Assembly (NCBI GenBank): GCA_013285905.1
Contig: JABDGU010000015.1
Location: forward strand, 1-41,163
Direction of reading: 5' to 3'
DNA: 41,163 bases
DNA from: Bacteroidota bacterium
Lineage (GTDB): Bacteria; Bacteroidota; Bacteroidia; Chitinophagales; Chitinophagaceae
The notes under the pieces are model-generated. The model worked only from the letters and a program-made list of their open reading frames with translations. It searched no databases and was not told the origin of the DNA. The translations under genes and the position numbers were made by a program. Below, piece after piece: positions 27,543-38,651 of this stretch (position 1 is its first letter; each line of letters opens with the position of its first letter).

Positions 27543-30500
27543 CTATCTAACCAAGTAGCATTCTCCTCGTTCCTGGTAGCGTACATTATTAAATGCACAC
27601 ACATAATCTATGAACCAGAAATAGGTATCCATGTCCTGATCAACACCGTTAAGCCTGCCGTCCCATCCGTGTTTTTCGTCGGTTGTTTCAAATACTGTTT
27701 GTCCCCAACGATTAGCAATCCTGAATACTTTCAGTATATGGTGTCCTTTTTCTTTTAAGAACGGCCTGAACACATCGTTCAATCCATCTCCATTTGGCGT
27801 AAACGCATTCGGGAAGGCTACTTTACAGCAAGAGTCTGTTTGAACATATAGACTGTCTGTTGCTTTACAACCATAAGGTGTTGTAACGCTCAGGAAAATG
27901 CTGGAGCTGTAATGCACATTACCTTCTACCACAGCAGAATTATTACCGTTGATAAAGAATATTGCAGGGCTCCACGTATATAAATTCTCCTCAGTAGGTA
28001 TCAATGCTGAGAACTGCAGGCTATCGTTGGTACAAGGTATGCCTATTCCCACTGTGGATATTCGGGCATCCGGTAAAGGATGTACATTAACTGTATCCAC
28101 GACCCATCCTGAGGGGCAATTATCCAATAATGCCTTCACTTTAATAACATGCAGACCGGCAACTGTCCAAACAATACTGAAAGGACCAGCCGGACCAGCG
28201 CTGCTTAATATTTCAGCACCTGTATCATAAATGCCGTTACCAAGATAAGCTCCGGTACTATCAAAATCCCAAGTGTATAGCGATACGCCAGGTGTTGCAG
28301 AACCTAATCCCACGATCATAGTATCATCCTGGCATACTTCATGCAACGAACCTATGGTTTGTACAGGCATCGGCCTTACATTCACAGTATAAGTAGCGAG
28401 AGGACTTTTGCACATGCCATTGCTTACGATAAGTGTGATAACCTGATTTCCGGGTGAATCAAACTTTACCCATATAGGCCCGGGTCCACGACCACTATCC
28501 CAGAAAGAACCTGCGGGCAGACCCCAGTCATAAGATGCGTCTGGCAATGCACTGCCGAAATATTTAAAACTCATCACGCTGTCTTCGCAAACGTAAGGCT
28601 GGTTGGGTACAATAACTGCGTTAGGTGTATATAATACAAACACATGTTGTGGCGCCCTATAGCTTTCGCAACCGTTAAACGATTCGGTAACATAATACGT
28701 TATGGTGTCCGGAGTTGTTGTAACAGGTGTTGGCCCGGCACTTGCCCCAAAACCGCCGGCAGCCGTTGTGTACCAAAGCAGATTCTGTCCTATTGCTGTA
28801 AGCGGAACTGCAATGGCATTCTGGCAATATGTCACGTCATTTACAACAGGTGGTTGCGGCCTTTGTTTTACAACAATTGTTACAGGCAACCTCTGACTTT
28901 CGCAACCATTGGTTGTCTGTGTTACATACCATACTGTCGTTCCCGGCGTAGCGGTAGAAGGTGTAGGTGTAATAAAGGTTCCGAACCCTCCGGTTGGGGT
29001 TGTGTACCATTGCAATGCCACACCTACCACATTTATCATGGTGGCAACGTCGCCCTGACAGTAGGTAATGGTAGGATTAGGTATATAAGGAGGTTGTGAC
29101 TGTTGTAATACTGTTACAGACAATGATGACCTTGAACTGGTACAGCCATTTACAGATGATTGGCTTACATACCAGATAGTAGTGCCCGGTAAAGAATCAT
29201 AAGGGGTTGGGGCTATTGCTGTTCCTACGCCACCTACGGCTGTTGTGTACCAAAGCAAATTAGATCCGACCGCTGTTAAGGCTACTGTAGGTTGAAACTG
29301 GCAATAGGTAACATTGCTCACAGCCGGTGGTCCCGGTGTGGTGTTCACTGTTACTGTTGTAATTCCCGGTACCAGTGAATTGCAACTTAATGTATCATTG
29401 TTGCCATTCTTTACATAGGGGTATTTTAAAACAGCATAAACAGAATAAATACCTGTCATGGCCGCAGTAGGCGAAGGGATATTAATACAACGTGTTGTTG
29501 GATTGTAAGTGGTTAGTGATATAGGCCCGGACCATAAATAAGAAATACCCGGAGTGGTTGAATCGGCACATAGTGTCAGCACATTAGGAGCACCCGAGCA
29601 TATCGGGGCATTATTGCTCGCCAATGGATTTGCCGGTATCGGGTTTACGCTTACCTGGGTACAAGCCGGCAGCACTGATGAGCAGCCATTAAAACTTGCA
29701 TAAACACAGTAGGCACCCGCATCCGCAAGTGGCGTTACTGCAATATTGGGATTTTGCGATGTGGAGTTATAACCGTTAGGTCCGGTCCAAGTATAGTTCA
29801 GGCCACCTTGCAATGTTGGTGGGCCGGGAGGATTAGAAACTGTGTCATAAGAATAAAGGTGCAACACAGCTCCCTGGCATATCGGGCTGTTACTACTATC
29901 GCCCGGCGTGTTGGGCCTTGGTTTTACTGTTACCTGGGTAGACCCCGGTAAAGCGGACTTGCAACCATTCAGTACCGCATATATATTATATAAGCCGGAG
30001 TCTATTAAAAGAGAATGGTTTACTGTAAGTGTTAATGTTGTAACCGTATCCAAATGATTTACGCCTTGTGGTGAGCCAGGAGGTTCACATTGGTAACAAG
30101 AATCCGGATTAATCGGTATCCATATGAAAGTTACATTATGTTGTGTATCCACTACAATTACCCGCAGCGTATCTCCAACACAAAGAGGTGTAACCTGCTG
30201 TGCGTTCGGTGTTACAGGGAGTGGTTTAGTGGTTACATGCACTGAGAGATCGCCAACCGATTGGCAAACAACCCCGTTATTGGTATAAGTGGTATGCACA
30301 TTATACCAACCGGAATCGGCATATACTGCATTAGGAACAAACACATCAGCTCCCGGCTGAGGACCGCTCAAAAACGCGAAGCCAGTACTATCTGACCAAA
30401 GATAACTATAAGCTACACCGAGCGCCGGTACATTAGCCGTATGGAAATGCAAAATATCACCAAGGCATATCGGGCTGTTGACGGTAGCTAAACTTGGTGC

Positions 30501-33500
30501 GACCGGCAAGGCATTTATGTGTACGTCTACAGTATCGGGGGTGGCAGAAAAACATTTAAGGTTTACACCCTGAACAAAATAAGGGATGTATGCATTCAAG
30601 ACATATAGTCCTGAATCACAAAACTGCGCGTTCGGAACACTAAGGTTTTGAAAAGGTTGATTCACACCATAGCAATTTCCGCCCTGAAGAGCAGACCATT
30701 GCAGGTTACCAGCGCCGTTAAGAAAGCCCTGAACGAAGATCGGTGCATTTTGGCACACCGTAATACTGTGATTTTGCAAGTCAATACTACTTGTGGGATT
30801 ATTTGGCAAAGGTTCTACAACAACAGTTGTTGTCGGCGCAATAGAATTACAAGTATAGCTGCCTTGGGTAACAGACGTGTAGACAATGAAATCTCCCGTA
30901 TTATTTGTCTGGGCATTTGCTATAAAGGTATCTGTGGTAGTTTGATTTGTTGGGCCGAAAGGACCGGGGCCTGCCCATGAAAGTGTAAGACCGGGGCCTA
31001 AAGTAACTCCCGCATGAAGCAATATGGTACCTCCAACACAAATAGGTGAGTTGCTGGTTGGTACCGGTACCGGAGGTGCAGGAATCACATAGACTGTGTC
31101 AAATGCTGTGTCAGACACGCAAGCAAGAGCACCGTAACTTATGCTTGCCGTAACTTTATATATGCCACTTTCCTGCACAATTGCCAGGGGATTGGTTAAA
31201 GGTAAGGTGTCATTGACCCCTGTAAGCTTGGTAGAAGGTTGTGGCGAGGTGAAATAAATACTGTTTGGACCTACCCAATTATATAAGATACTTGGTGTTC
31301 CCGGAGTAGACGTCAACGCTACTACAATTAAGTTACTTCCTGCACAAACCGTATCCGGAGATGGGGAAACAACAGGCTTAGCCGGTTTTTGGTCCAGGGT
31401 AATACTGAAAGTATTATTATTGCTTGTGCAACCCGTTGTACTATTTGTTACGGTCAGAATATTTCCACTATACACCGCAGCAGGCGCTGCAGCAGGCACC
31501 ACCAAAGATATAGGAGATGATAATGGCGATGCATTTACTACGTTCGTAAATCCTGCAAAAGATGCAGCCGGAGACCATGTAATGCTATATTGGTTGGGGG
31601 TATTCGTTGTGGCAGTGTAGGGCAGATTAGCACTTGTTGCGCCTGAACATACTATTGGGTTAGCACCCAAAGTAATAGTTGGCAAAGGATTGATCGTAAT
31701 GCTAAACGCCACTGTTGGCGATGTGGAGCAGCCATTTGCATCTTTCACTGTCAGCAAACCATTACAAACTGTAGCAACAGTGGCAGAACCTGCGCCTGCG
31801 GGTACATTAATAACAATAGGGCCCGGCGCCGGAGTAGTTAATGAGGTTCCCGGTGGCACGGTAGCCAATGGGCCACTTGTCCACGTTATTCCATATGTGT
31901 ATGGCCCAGTACCGGTTACATTGCTATACTGCAAATTTACGCTTTGTGCAGTCGAAGCATTATAACATACAGCAAGGGCATTATTTACCAATGTTATGGT
32001 TGGCAGCGGATTAACTGTTATAGTAAATGTAGTGCTGAGACTTGTACAATTGGTATTAGATACTGTCAAGGTTCCTGTATATGTAGCGGGTGGTGTTGCA
32101 GCGGGTACTGCTAAATTTATTATACCTCCTGAAAGTGTTGCATTTACAACCGGAACAAAAGGACCACTTGACCATGTTATACTATATTTATTAGGTGCCG
32201 GAACTCCCGTTGCTGTATAGGACATAGGCGCTACCTGGGCCGATGCATTGAAACAAACCGGGTTGACCAAGCCTAATGATATTGTAGGCAAAGGAAGAAT
32301 ATTTACTGTAAATGCAGAGCCAGTGCTGGTGCAACCAAACTGGCTTGTAGTATACATTGTTCCGTTGTAAGAATTAGGAGAAGGATTAGCAGGTACTGCA
32401 ATATTTAAGGAGCCTGATGGTAAAGTGGGCAATGAACCTGTGGCATTAGTAAAACCCTGTGGCACTGCAAAAAGAGGATCCCACACTATTGAATCAGTAG
32501 CAGAAGTTCCATCGCCTGTCGTAGTGTAAGGATACACTACGTTTGTCACCAGGGAACATACTGATTGCGGAGATGTCATCGTAATAGTCGGAGTCGGGTT
32601 TACGGTAACGGTAAAGGGATAAGGAGTGGAACATCCAGCCGCATTTATTACGGTTATTGTGCCATTATAGACATTTGCTGGCGCAGCTGCAGGCACCGTT
32701 ATAGGTAGCGGGCTGGCAGTGAGTGGCGTAGTGCCCACATTAGCAAAACCATTGCCGGGCGCACCTGCATAAGTAATGCTATAATTTATCGGATTGTTTA
32801 TGGGGTTAATGTTTGTTATAGTATATCCTAAAGTATCGTTGGTCACACCCTGGCAAGAAGTTGGGTTAGCATGCAGGCTTATGAAAGGCACTCCCTGAAC
32901 CTGAACTACTACGGGTATTGCTGGACTTGTACAACCCGTTACAGAATTTGTTACAGTTACATAAGCCGTATCCAGGCGGGGTGTAGCAGTGGGTGGTATA
33001 GCTATATTAAAGGAGCCTGGCAACAATGTTTGGTTGCTTGATGTAGCAAATGTACCCGGTGTGGTTGGAGCCCAAGCTGTGACACTATATTGATTAGGCG
33101 AGGCGAAGGCACCGCTATAATTTACTACAGCCGGTGTTGATCCGACACAAATAAAACTATTGACGCCAGGAGCTACAGTACCCGGTGTAATGGATGGTAT
33201 AGGATTTATGGTAATGCTTAAGGCGGTATTCACAGAACAACCTGCTGCTGTCATTACTGTCAGTGTACCTGTGTAGACCGGCGGAGAAAAAGTTGCCGTA
33301 CCCGGTACGATTACAGGAATTGAACCTGGTCCCGGAGCACCCGGCAAAGCTGTAGCCGAAGCACTTGATGTAAATCCTGCTGCACTTGCAGAAGGACCCC
33401 ATGTAATACTGTCTGTTACCGGATTATTTGTTGTGGTGGAATAATTAAAGTTTACACTTGCAGTGCCAAAACATATTTGCTGGCTTGCGTTGGTAACAGT

Positions 33501-36500
33501 GATAGTTGGGTTGGGGTTAATGACAACTGTAATAGTAAAGGTGTTCGAACAACTATTAGCGTCCGTTAAGATCAGGTTACCTGTATAGGTAGCGGGTGTC
33601 GCAAGACCAGGTATAGAGAAACTGATCTGTGAAGGGCCTGCCGCTAAGGGGCTTGTTCCTACCGGCGTAAATCCCTGACCGGGAGCGGCACCATTCCATG
33701 TAATACTATATTGGGTAGCTGTCGTAGCTGAATAAGGTAATGTTCCTACAGTATTGCCAGAGCAGACACTCACTGTGCTGCCGTTTGAAAAAGTAATTGT
33801 AGGTAATGGGTTAATTGTCACACTGATCGCAGATGCAGGGTTCGACGTACATCCATTTGCGTCCATCACGGTCAGGTTGCCGGTATAAGTACCGGCAGGT
33901 GTACCTCCCGGAACAGGAATATTAATATTACCGGGCGCCGATGCCAATGTCGCGTTAGTAACGGTTGCTAATGCACTGCTCCATGTGATACTATATGTAT
34001 ATGGCGAAAGTCCGGTTACGGCACTATATGGTAAATTTACACTCGTGTTTGACGCGTTAAAACATTCGCTGGGGTTTGTTCCAAGTGTAATCGTTGGTAA
34101 TGCGTTTACTGTTATAGATATGTTTTGCCCGGGGCTTGAACATCCGCCGGCATTGGTAACAAAGAAATTAGCAGTATAAGTATTAGCTGTTGTTGCAGCA
34201 GGTACCGCTATCGTAATAGGATTGGGATTGGTGAAAGGTGCCGCTGTAACAGTTGCGAATGTTCCGCCACTCCAGCCATTGATAGTATATGTTGTCGGGA
34301 TTCCGCTAACTCCTGTATAATTTAATAATACACTGGTAATACCAGAGCATATCGGAGAAATGGTGCCCGGAGTTATGGTTGGTATCGGGTTCACCGTTAG
34401 CAAAGCAGGTATGGTCGTTGCAACACATCCTGCACTGCTTGTTACTACGCACTGAAAATAATATCCGTTAGATGCAGTAGTAAGCCCTACCAGATTAAGG
34501 GTTGGTGTATTTGCCCCGGTAAAGGGAGTAATATTTGTTTGGTTTATCCATGGACCACCGGAACCTGTTGTGCTGTATTGCCATTGATAACTTAAGCCGG
34601 TACCTGATGCTGAAACAACATAAGTTGCATTTCCGCCACTACAAACTATTACGGGTTGCGGTTGTGGCGCGTTGATTACCGGAAGCGGATTAACTGTGAG
34701 TGTTGTTGAGGTACTGGTTACTGTGGCGGGGCATGCCGTTGAATTTACGATAACCCTATATACATTACCATTAAAACCTGCTGGTGCGTTTAAAATGGAA
34801 AGTGTTGTTGATGTTTGGCCACTATAATTAATATTAAGGGGAACATTACCAAATCCTGATGGCGGATTAACCTGCCATTGATATGTTAAACTTGTGCCCG
34901 TTGCAAAAACAGAAATGCTTGTATTGCTGCCCACACAAGTTGTTTGAGTGGTTGGCGGACTGCCGATAATGCTGGCTGCGGAATTAACTGTTAAAGTAAC
35001 AGTTGAACTGGTTGCCGTTCCGGGGCAAGCTCCGGTTACCTGCACACTGTAAGTGTTTCCATTCATTGGCGCAGTTGCCGGGTTTATCACCAATGTGGCT
35101 GTTTGTGTTCCGCTGTATATCCCGCCGTCAACCAGGGGAGTAGCACTACCATTTTCAAACCAATGATAAGTAAGAGTTGTTCCAGTAGCAACTACGTTAA
35201 AAGTTGCAGATGCACCTGCGCAAACAATTTGTGCCGTAGGTTGTGTAGTAATTACGGGGCTTGTTGTAGTTAAGGCACTGCCACTTCCTGTTGCACAGGT
35301 AAATGTTGTTGCAGTTGCTGTATAGGTACCGGGTAATGTATATGCAAATGTGCTAACAATTGTCGGTGTAAATTCCTGAACACGGCTGTTATTATAATCT
35401 GTTACAAACAGGTTGCCGCTTGCATCTACTACAACATCAGAAGGAAGATTTAACAAACTAGCTGTTGAACCGGAAGTACCTGCGGCAGAACCTGCTATAG
35501 TTGTTCCGCTGCCGGCGCCAGATAACCATTGTTGTACGCGGTTATTGCTGTAATCTGCAACATAAATATTATTGGCACAATCTAAGTAAACACCATTAGG
35601 GTGGTTCAATTGGTTTGCAGCAGTACCGGATCCGTTACCACCTGCAGATGTCGTTGCGGTGGCAACAGATGATGTTTGCCCAGCAGTAGCCGAAGCTATT
35701 TGTGCGGCAGTTATTTTTTCGATACGGTTATTGTTATAGTCCGCTACATACAAATTTCCGGAAGCATCAACAAACACACCTGATGGGAAGTTTAATTGAT
35801 TTGTTCCCGCGCCTGCACCGTTTCCGCCTAATACGGTTGTACCTGCAACAGAAGCGGAAGTTTGACCGGCAACTGCTGATGCTATTTGTGCCGCAGTAAA
35901 TTTCTGAACACGGTTATTGCTTTTATCGCCAACAAATAAATTTCCGCTGCCATCAAGATATAAACCAAATGGCGCCGCAAGTGCAGTGTTGCCTGATGCA
36001 AAACCATTACCACCCGCAACACAGGTACCACTTGTGTAAGGTGAGGACCATTCCATTACGCGGTTATTACCCTGGTCGCAAACAAAAATATTTCCTGAGC
36101 CGTCCACATAAACGGCAGTAGGGCCATTGAGTTGTGTGTTGGTGCTGCCTGCAGTTCCCGTACCTGCAACAACAGTCCCATTATTGGCGGGGTTATAAGG
36201 AAAACTAAATTTTATTACACGATTATTGTTAAAATCAGCAACAAATACGTTTCCACTGGCATCAACAAATAATCCATTCGGGTTGTCTAATTGATTAAGC
36301 CCGGAACCCAGACTGTTGCCTGCAATCTTTGTTCCATTCGCTCCCCAGGTTGCGTTCACAGTTCCAGAAGAAGGGCCTGTCCATGCTATGCTCAAGGGTT
36401 GTATAGAACTCGTTGCTGTAAGATTTCCTGTGGTACAAGCCCCCGGAGGCGTTACTACCACTATAGGCGCCTGCGACATAGCTCTCACGCCAGGTATTAG

Positions 36501-36596
36501 CGCAGCTATTACTAATCCAAACTTCCCGATAAACTTTCTCATACCAACCCCTCTTTGTAATAGTGCGTATTGTTGTTTCATAAAGTCAATGCTCAT
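27543..36596 (-). CDS. Giant (3017 aa) cell-surface protein: signal peptide, NHL-repeat beta-propeller, 25 or more tandem Ig-like beta-sandwich modules, and a C-terminal T9SS type-B sorting domain (gliding-motility-associated CTD, CHU_C-like)
   Basis: At least six NHL repeats (DASGNVFVADFNNNRVIKF, DGSGNIFVCDQGNNRVMEW, DGSGNLFVGDKSNNRVQKF, DASGNLYVADYNNNRIEKI, NNIYVADYSNNRVQQW, DASGNLFVTDYNNSRVQEF) span about 35367-36314. There are about 13 repeats ending in the TVNPLPTI-type motif. There are about 12 modules of a second type (xxSPICxG...LWYTT..GG.G...PTP...PGTT.WYV.Q...GC.S.R). The C-terminal 95 aa (27546-27830) read CCKVAFPNAFTPNGDGLNDVFRP...NRWGQTVFET...GWDG...YFWFI..., matching the type-B CTD. 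The probable true start is M19 (ATG at 36542), giving the signal peptide MRKFIGKFGLVIAALIPGVRA. Confidence 0.85.
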   Translation of the reverse strand: MSIDFMKQQYALLQRGVGMRKFIGKFGLVIAALIPGVRAMSQAPIVVVTPPGACTTGNLTATSSIQPLSIAWTGPSSGTVNATWGANGTKIAGNSLGSGLNQLDNPNGLFVDASGNVFVADFNNNRVIKFSFPYNPANNGTVVAGTGTAGSTNTQLNGPTAVYVDGSGNIFVCDQGNNRVMEWSSPYTSGTCVAGGNGFASGNTALAAPFGLYLDGSGNLFVGDKSNNRVQKFTAAQIASAVAGQTSASVAGTTVLGGNGAGAGTNQLNFPSGVFVDASGNLYVADYNNNRIEKITAAQIASATAGQTSSVATATTSAGGNGSGTAANQLNHPNGVYLDCANNIYVADYSNNRVQQWLSGAGSGTTIAGSAAGTSGSTASLLNLPSDVVVDASGNLFVTDYNNSRVQEFTPTIVSTFAYTLPGTYTATATTFTCATGSGSALTTTSPVITTQPTAQIVCAGASATFNVVATGTTLTYHWFENGSATPLVDGGIYSGTQTATLVINPATAPMNGNTYSVQVTGACPGTATSSTVTLTVNSAASIIGSPPTTQTTCVGSNTSISVFATGTSLTYQWQVNPPSGFGNVPLNINYSGQTSTTLSILNAPAGFNGNVYRVIVNSTACPATVTSTSTTLTVNPLPVINAPQPQPVIVCSGGNATYVVSASGTGLSYQWQYSTTGSGGPWINQTNITPFTGANTPTLNLVGLTTASNGYYFQCVVTSSAGCVATTIPALLTVNPIPTITPGTISPICSGITSVLLNYTGVSGIPTTYTINGWSGGTFATVTAAPFTNPNPITIAVPAATTANTYTANFFVTNAGGCSSPGQNISITVNALPTITLGTNPSECFNASNTSVNLPYSAVTGLSPYTYSITWSSALATVTNATLASAPGNINIPVPGGTPAGTYTGNLTVMDANGCTSNPASAISVTINPLPTITFSNGSTVSVCSGNTVGTLPYSATTATQYSITWNGAAPGQGFTPVGTSPLAAGPSQISFSIPGLATPATYTGNLILTDANSCSNTFTITVVINPNPTITVTNASQQICFGTASVNFNYSTTTNNPVTDSITWGPSASAAGFTSSASATALPGAPGPGSIPVIVPGTATFSPPVYTGTLTVMTAAGCSVNTALSITINPIPSITPGTVAPGVNSFICVGSTPAVVNYSGAFASPNQYSVTAWAPTTPGTFATSSNQTLLPGSFNIAIPPTATPRLDTAYVTVTNSVTGCTSPAIPVVVQVQGVPFISLHANPTSCQGVTNDTLGYTITNINPINNPINYSITYAGAPGNGFANVGTTPLTASPLPITVPAAAPANVYNGTITVINAAGCSTPYPFTVTVNPTPTITMTSPQSVCSLVTNVVYPYTTTGDGTSATDSIVWDPLFAVPQGFTNATGSLPTLPSGSLNIAVPANPSPNSYNGTMYTTSQFGCTSTGSAFTVNILPLPTISLGLVNPVCFNASAQVAPMSYTATGVPAPNKYSITWSSGPFVPVVNATLSGGIINLAVPAATPPATYTGTLTVSNTNCTSLSTTFTITVNPLPTITLVNNALAVCYNASTAQSVNLQYSNVTGTGPYTYGITWTSGPLATVPPGTSLTTPAPGPIVINVPAGAGSATVATVCNGLLTVKDANGCSTSPTVAFSITINPLPTITLGANPIVCSGATSANLPYTATTNTPNQYSITWSPAASFAGFTNVVNASPLSSPISLVVPAAAPAAVYSGNILTVTNSTTGCTSNNNTFSITLDQKPAKPVVSPSPDTVCAGSNLIVVALTSTPGTPSILYNWVGPNSIYFTSPQPSTKLTGVNDTLPLTNPLAIVQESGIYKVTASISYGALACVSDTAFDTVYVIPAPPVPVPTSNSPICVGGTILLHAGVTLGPGLTLSWAGPGPFGPTNQTTTDTFIANAQTNNTGDFIVYTSVTQGSYTCNSIAPTTTVVVEPLPNNPTSSIDLQNHSITVCQNAPIFVQGFLNGAGNLQWSALQGGNCYGVNQPFQNLSVPNAQFCDSGLYVLNAYIPYFVQGVNLKCFSATPDTVDVHINALPVAPSLATVNSPICLGDILHFHTANVPALGVAYSYLWSDSTGFAFLSGPQPGADVFVPNAVYADSGWYNVHTTYTNNGVVCQSVGDLSVHVTTKPLPVTPNAQQVTPLCVGDTLRVIVVDTQHNVTFIWIPINPDSCYQCEPPGSPQGVNHLDTVTTLTLTVNHSLLIDSGLYNIYAVLNGCKSALPGSTQVTVKPRPNTPGDSSNSPICQGAVLHLYSYDTVSNPPGPPTLQGGLNYTWTGPNGYNSTSQNPNIAVTPLADAGAYCVYASFNGCSSVLPACTQVSVNPIPANPLASNNAPICSGAPNVLTLCADSTTPGISYLWSGPISLTTYNPTTRCINIPSPTAAMTGIYSVYAVLKYPYVKNGNNDTLSCNSLVPGITTVTVNTTPGPPAVSNVTYCQFQPTVALTAVGSNLLWYTTAVGGVGTAIAPTPYDSLPGTTIWYVSQSSVNGCTSSRSSLSVTVLQQSQPPYIPNPTITYCQGDVATMINVVGVALQWYTTPTGGFGTFITPTPSTATPGTTVWYVTQTTNGCESQRLPVTIVVKQRPQPPVVNDVTYCQNAIAVPLTAIGQNLLWYTTAAGGFGASAGPTPVTTTPDTITYYVTESFNGCESYRAPQHVFVLYTPNAVIVPNQPYVCEDSVMSFKYFGSALPDASYDWGLPAGSFWDSGRGPGPIWVKFDSPGNQVITLIVSNGMCKSPLATYTVNVRPMPVQTIGSLHEVCQDDTMIVGLGSATPGVSLYTWDFDSTGAYLGNGIYDTGAEILSSAGPAGPFSIVWTVAGLHVIKVKALLDNCPSGWVVDTVNVHPLPDARISTVGIGIPCTNDSLQFSALIPTEENLYTWSPAIFFINGNNSAVVEGNVHYSSSIFLSVTTPYGCKATDSLYVQTDSCCKVAFPNAFTPNGDGLNDVFRPFLKEKGHHILKVFRIANRWGQTVFETTDEKHGWDGRLNGVDQDMDTYFWFIDYVCAFNNVRYQERGECYLVR

Positions 36597-36778
36597 TTAT
36601 ATATACTTTATAGACAATAAAAATCGTTTTTTAGTTGGGTAAATAGCGTTAAATGGCTGCCTAAAACCGACAATTAGCCAATTCTAAGAAATCCATAGCA
36701 ACAATATTAACAATTTATTGCGGGAATATCTTAATAAACTCTTTTTTTTTTTTCAAAAAACCTTTGTATAAAAAAATA

Positions 36779-36812
36779 GGCCTTATAAAATATTATAATA
36801 TTTTATAAGGCC
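36779..36812 (-). terminator. 34-bp perfect AT-rich palindrome GGCCTTATAAAATATTA|TAATATTTTATAAGGCC; likely typA terminator, possibly bidirectional
   Basis: Read directly from the sequence. The two 17-nt arms are exact reverse complements with no spacer. It lies 31 bp past the typA stop. On the minus strand it is followed by CUAUUUUUUUAUAC. Confidence 0.55.
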
Positions 36813-36842
36813 AGCTCATATTATGCAGATATATAATGGTTT

Positions 36843-38651
36843 CTATGCTTCAGATTTCATCATTTTTTGGAATTTTTTGCGGTCTTCTTCGTCCAGCATT
36901 ATTTTCCTTAAACGGATGCTTTGGGGGGTAACTTCTATACATTCGTCCTGCTGAATATATTCCATACATTCCTCAAGTGTCATTTGTATTTTCGGGGTTA
37001 TCCTAACCGAGTCGTCTGTGCCACTCGCCCTCATATTCGTTAGTTTTTTTGCTTCTACAATATTCACCACCAGGTCTCCGGGTTTAATATGTTCCCCAAT
37101 TATCTGGCCGCTGTACACTTCTTGTCCCGGGTCAATAAAGAATGCTCCACGATCTTGTAATTTGTCTATAGAATAACCTGTGGCATTACCCCCGGTTTTT
37201 GCTAACAAAACCCCATTATTCCTGCCGGGTATATTACCTTTCCATGGTTTATATTCATCAAAACGGTGCGCCATAACAGCTTCACCGGCGGTGTTAGTCA
37301 ACATTTGGGAACGCAAACCTATCAGGCCCCTTGACGGGATCTCAAATTCCAGGTGTTGCATTTGCCCTTTTGTCTCCATTACATGCATTTCGCCTTTGCG
37401 CTGCGTCACAAGGTCTATCACCTTACCGCTAAACTCCGCCGGCACATCCACAACCAGTACTTCATATGGTTCACATTTTTTGCCATTTATTTCTTTTACG
37501 ATTACCTGGGGTTGTCCTATGGTCAACTCATAGCCTTCCCTTCTCATCGTTTCCACTAATATGCTCAGATGTAATATGCCACGTCCGTAAACTAAAAATT
37601 TATCTGCGTCATCAGTATCCCTTACTTTCATCGCCAGGTTCTTTTCCAGTTCTTTCATCAGGCGATCACGAATATGGCGGCTTGTTACAAATTTTCCTTC
37701 TTTACCAAAGAATGGAGAATTATTAATACCAAACTGCATATTCATTGTTGGTTCGTCTATCGGTATGATCTGGAGCGCTTCAGGGTTTTCAAAATCAGCC
37801 ACAGTTTCACCGATCTGGAAACCTTCAATGCCCACGATAGCACATATATCACCGGCTTTTACTTCGGTTTCTTTCTTTTTACCCATGCCGATAAACACGT
37901 ACAATTCTTTCACTTTGCTGCGCACAAAAGTACCGTCCACTTTGCAAAGCATCACATTCTGGCCTTCTTTCACTGTGCCACGCATCACTTTGCCAATTGC
38001 TATCCTTCCGAGAAAGGAAGAATAGTCAAGAGATGTTATCTGCATCTGCAGCGGGCCTTCGCTGGCTTTGGGCTCCGGTACTTTTTCTAATATAGTATCT
38101 AAGAGCGGATCAATATTTTCAGTAGGTGTGAGCGAAGTATTGAACCAACCCTGCTTGCTCGAACCGTATAGTGTAGGGAAATTTAATTGTTCTTCTGTTG
38201 CATCCAATTGATAAAACAATTCAAACACAGCGTCGTGAACTTCATCCGGGCGGCAATTGGGTTTATCTACTTTATTAATTACAACTATAGGGTGCAAATT
38301 TAATTGTAAGGCTTTTTGAAGCACGAAACGGGTTTGCGGCATAGGGCCTTCAAAAGCATCCACAAGCAGCAATACGCCGTCTGCCATTTTTAATACCCTT
38401 TCCACCTCACCACCAAAATCGGCGTGGCCCGGAGTATCTATCACATTTATTTTTACACCCTTATAATTAACAGAAGCGTTTTTACTGAAAATAGTAATAC
38501 CTCGCTCACGTTCGAGGTCATTGCTGTCCATTATCAGATCGCCCGTTTCCTGGTTATCCCTGAAAACATGGGTAGCATGCAATATTTTATCTACAAGTGT
38601 TGTCTTACCGTGATCAACGTGCGCGATAATGGCAATGTTCCGAATATCCAT
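36843..38651 (-). CDS. typA: Translational GTPase TypA/BipA
   Basis: N-terminus [22 protein letters not shown] (G1). DTPGHADF (G3). NKVD (G4). 602 aa with an EF-G-like domain organisation. Confidence 0.95.
   Translation of the reverse strand: MDIRNIAIIAHVDHGKTTLVDKILHATHVFRDNQETGDLIMDSNDLERERGITIFSKNASVNYKGVKINVIDTPGHADFGGEVERVLKMADGVLLLVDAFEGPMPQTRFVLQKALQLNLHPIVVINKVDKPNCRPDEVHDAVFELFYQLDATEEQLNFPTLYGSSKQGWFNTSLTPTENIDPLLDTILEKVPEPKASEGPLQMQITSLDYSSFLGRIAIGKVMRGTVKEGQNVMLCKVDGTFVRSKVKELYVFIGMGKKKETEVKAGDICAIVGIEGFQIGETVADFENPEALQIIPIDEPTMNMQFGINNSPFFGKEGKFVTSRHIRDRLMKELEKNLAMKVRDTDDADKFLVYGRGILHLSILVETMRREGYELTIGQPQVIVKEINGKKCEPYEVLVVDVPAEFSGKVIDLVTQRKGEMHVMETKGQMQHLEFEIPSRGLIGLRSQMLTNTAGEAVMAHRFDEYKPWKGNIPGRNNGVLLAKTGGNATGYSIDKLQDRGAFFIDPGQEVYSGQIIGEHIKPGDLVVNIVEAKKLTNMRASGTDDSVRITPKIQMTLEECMEYIQQDECIEVTPQSIRLRKIMLDEEDRKKFQKMMKSEA

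Noticed and set aside
27543-36596. Highly repetitive DNA that could be mistaken for a CRISPR array or satellite
   Set aside because: The repeats are about 270 bp, in-frame and encode Ig-like protein modules within one uninterrupted 9-kb ORF. There are no short direct repeats with unique spacers and no cas genes.
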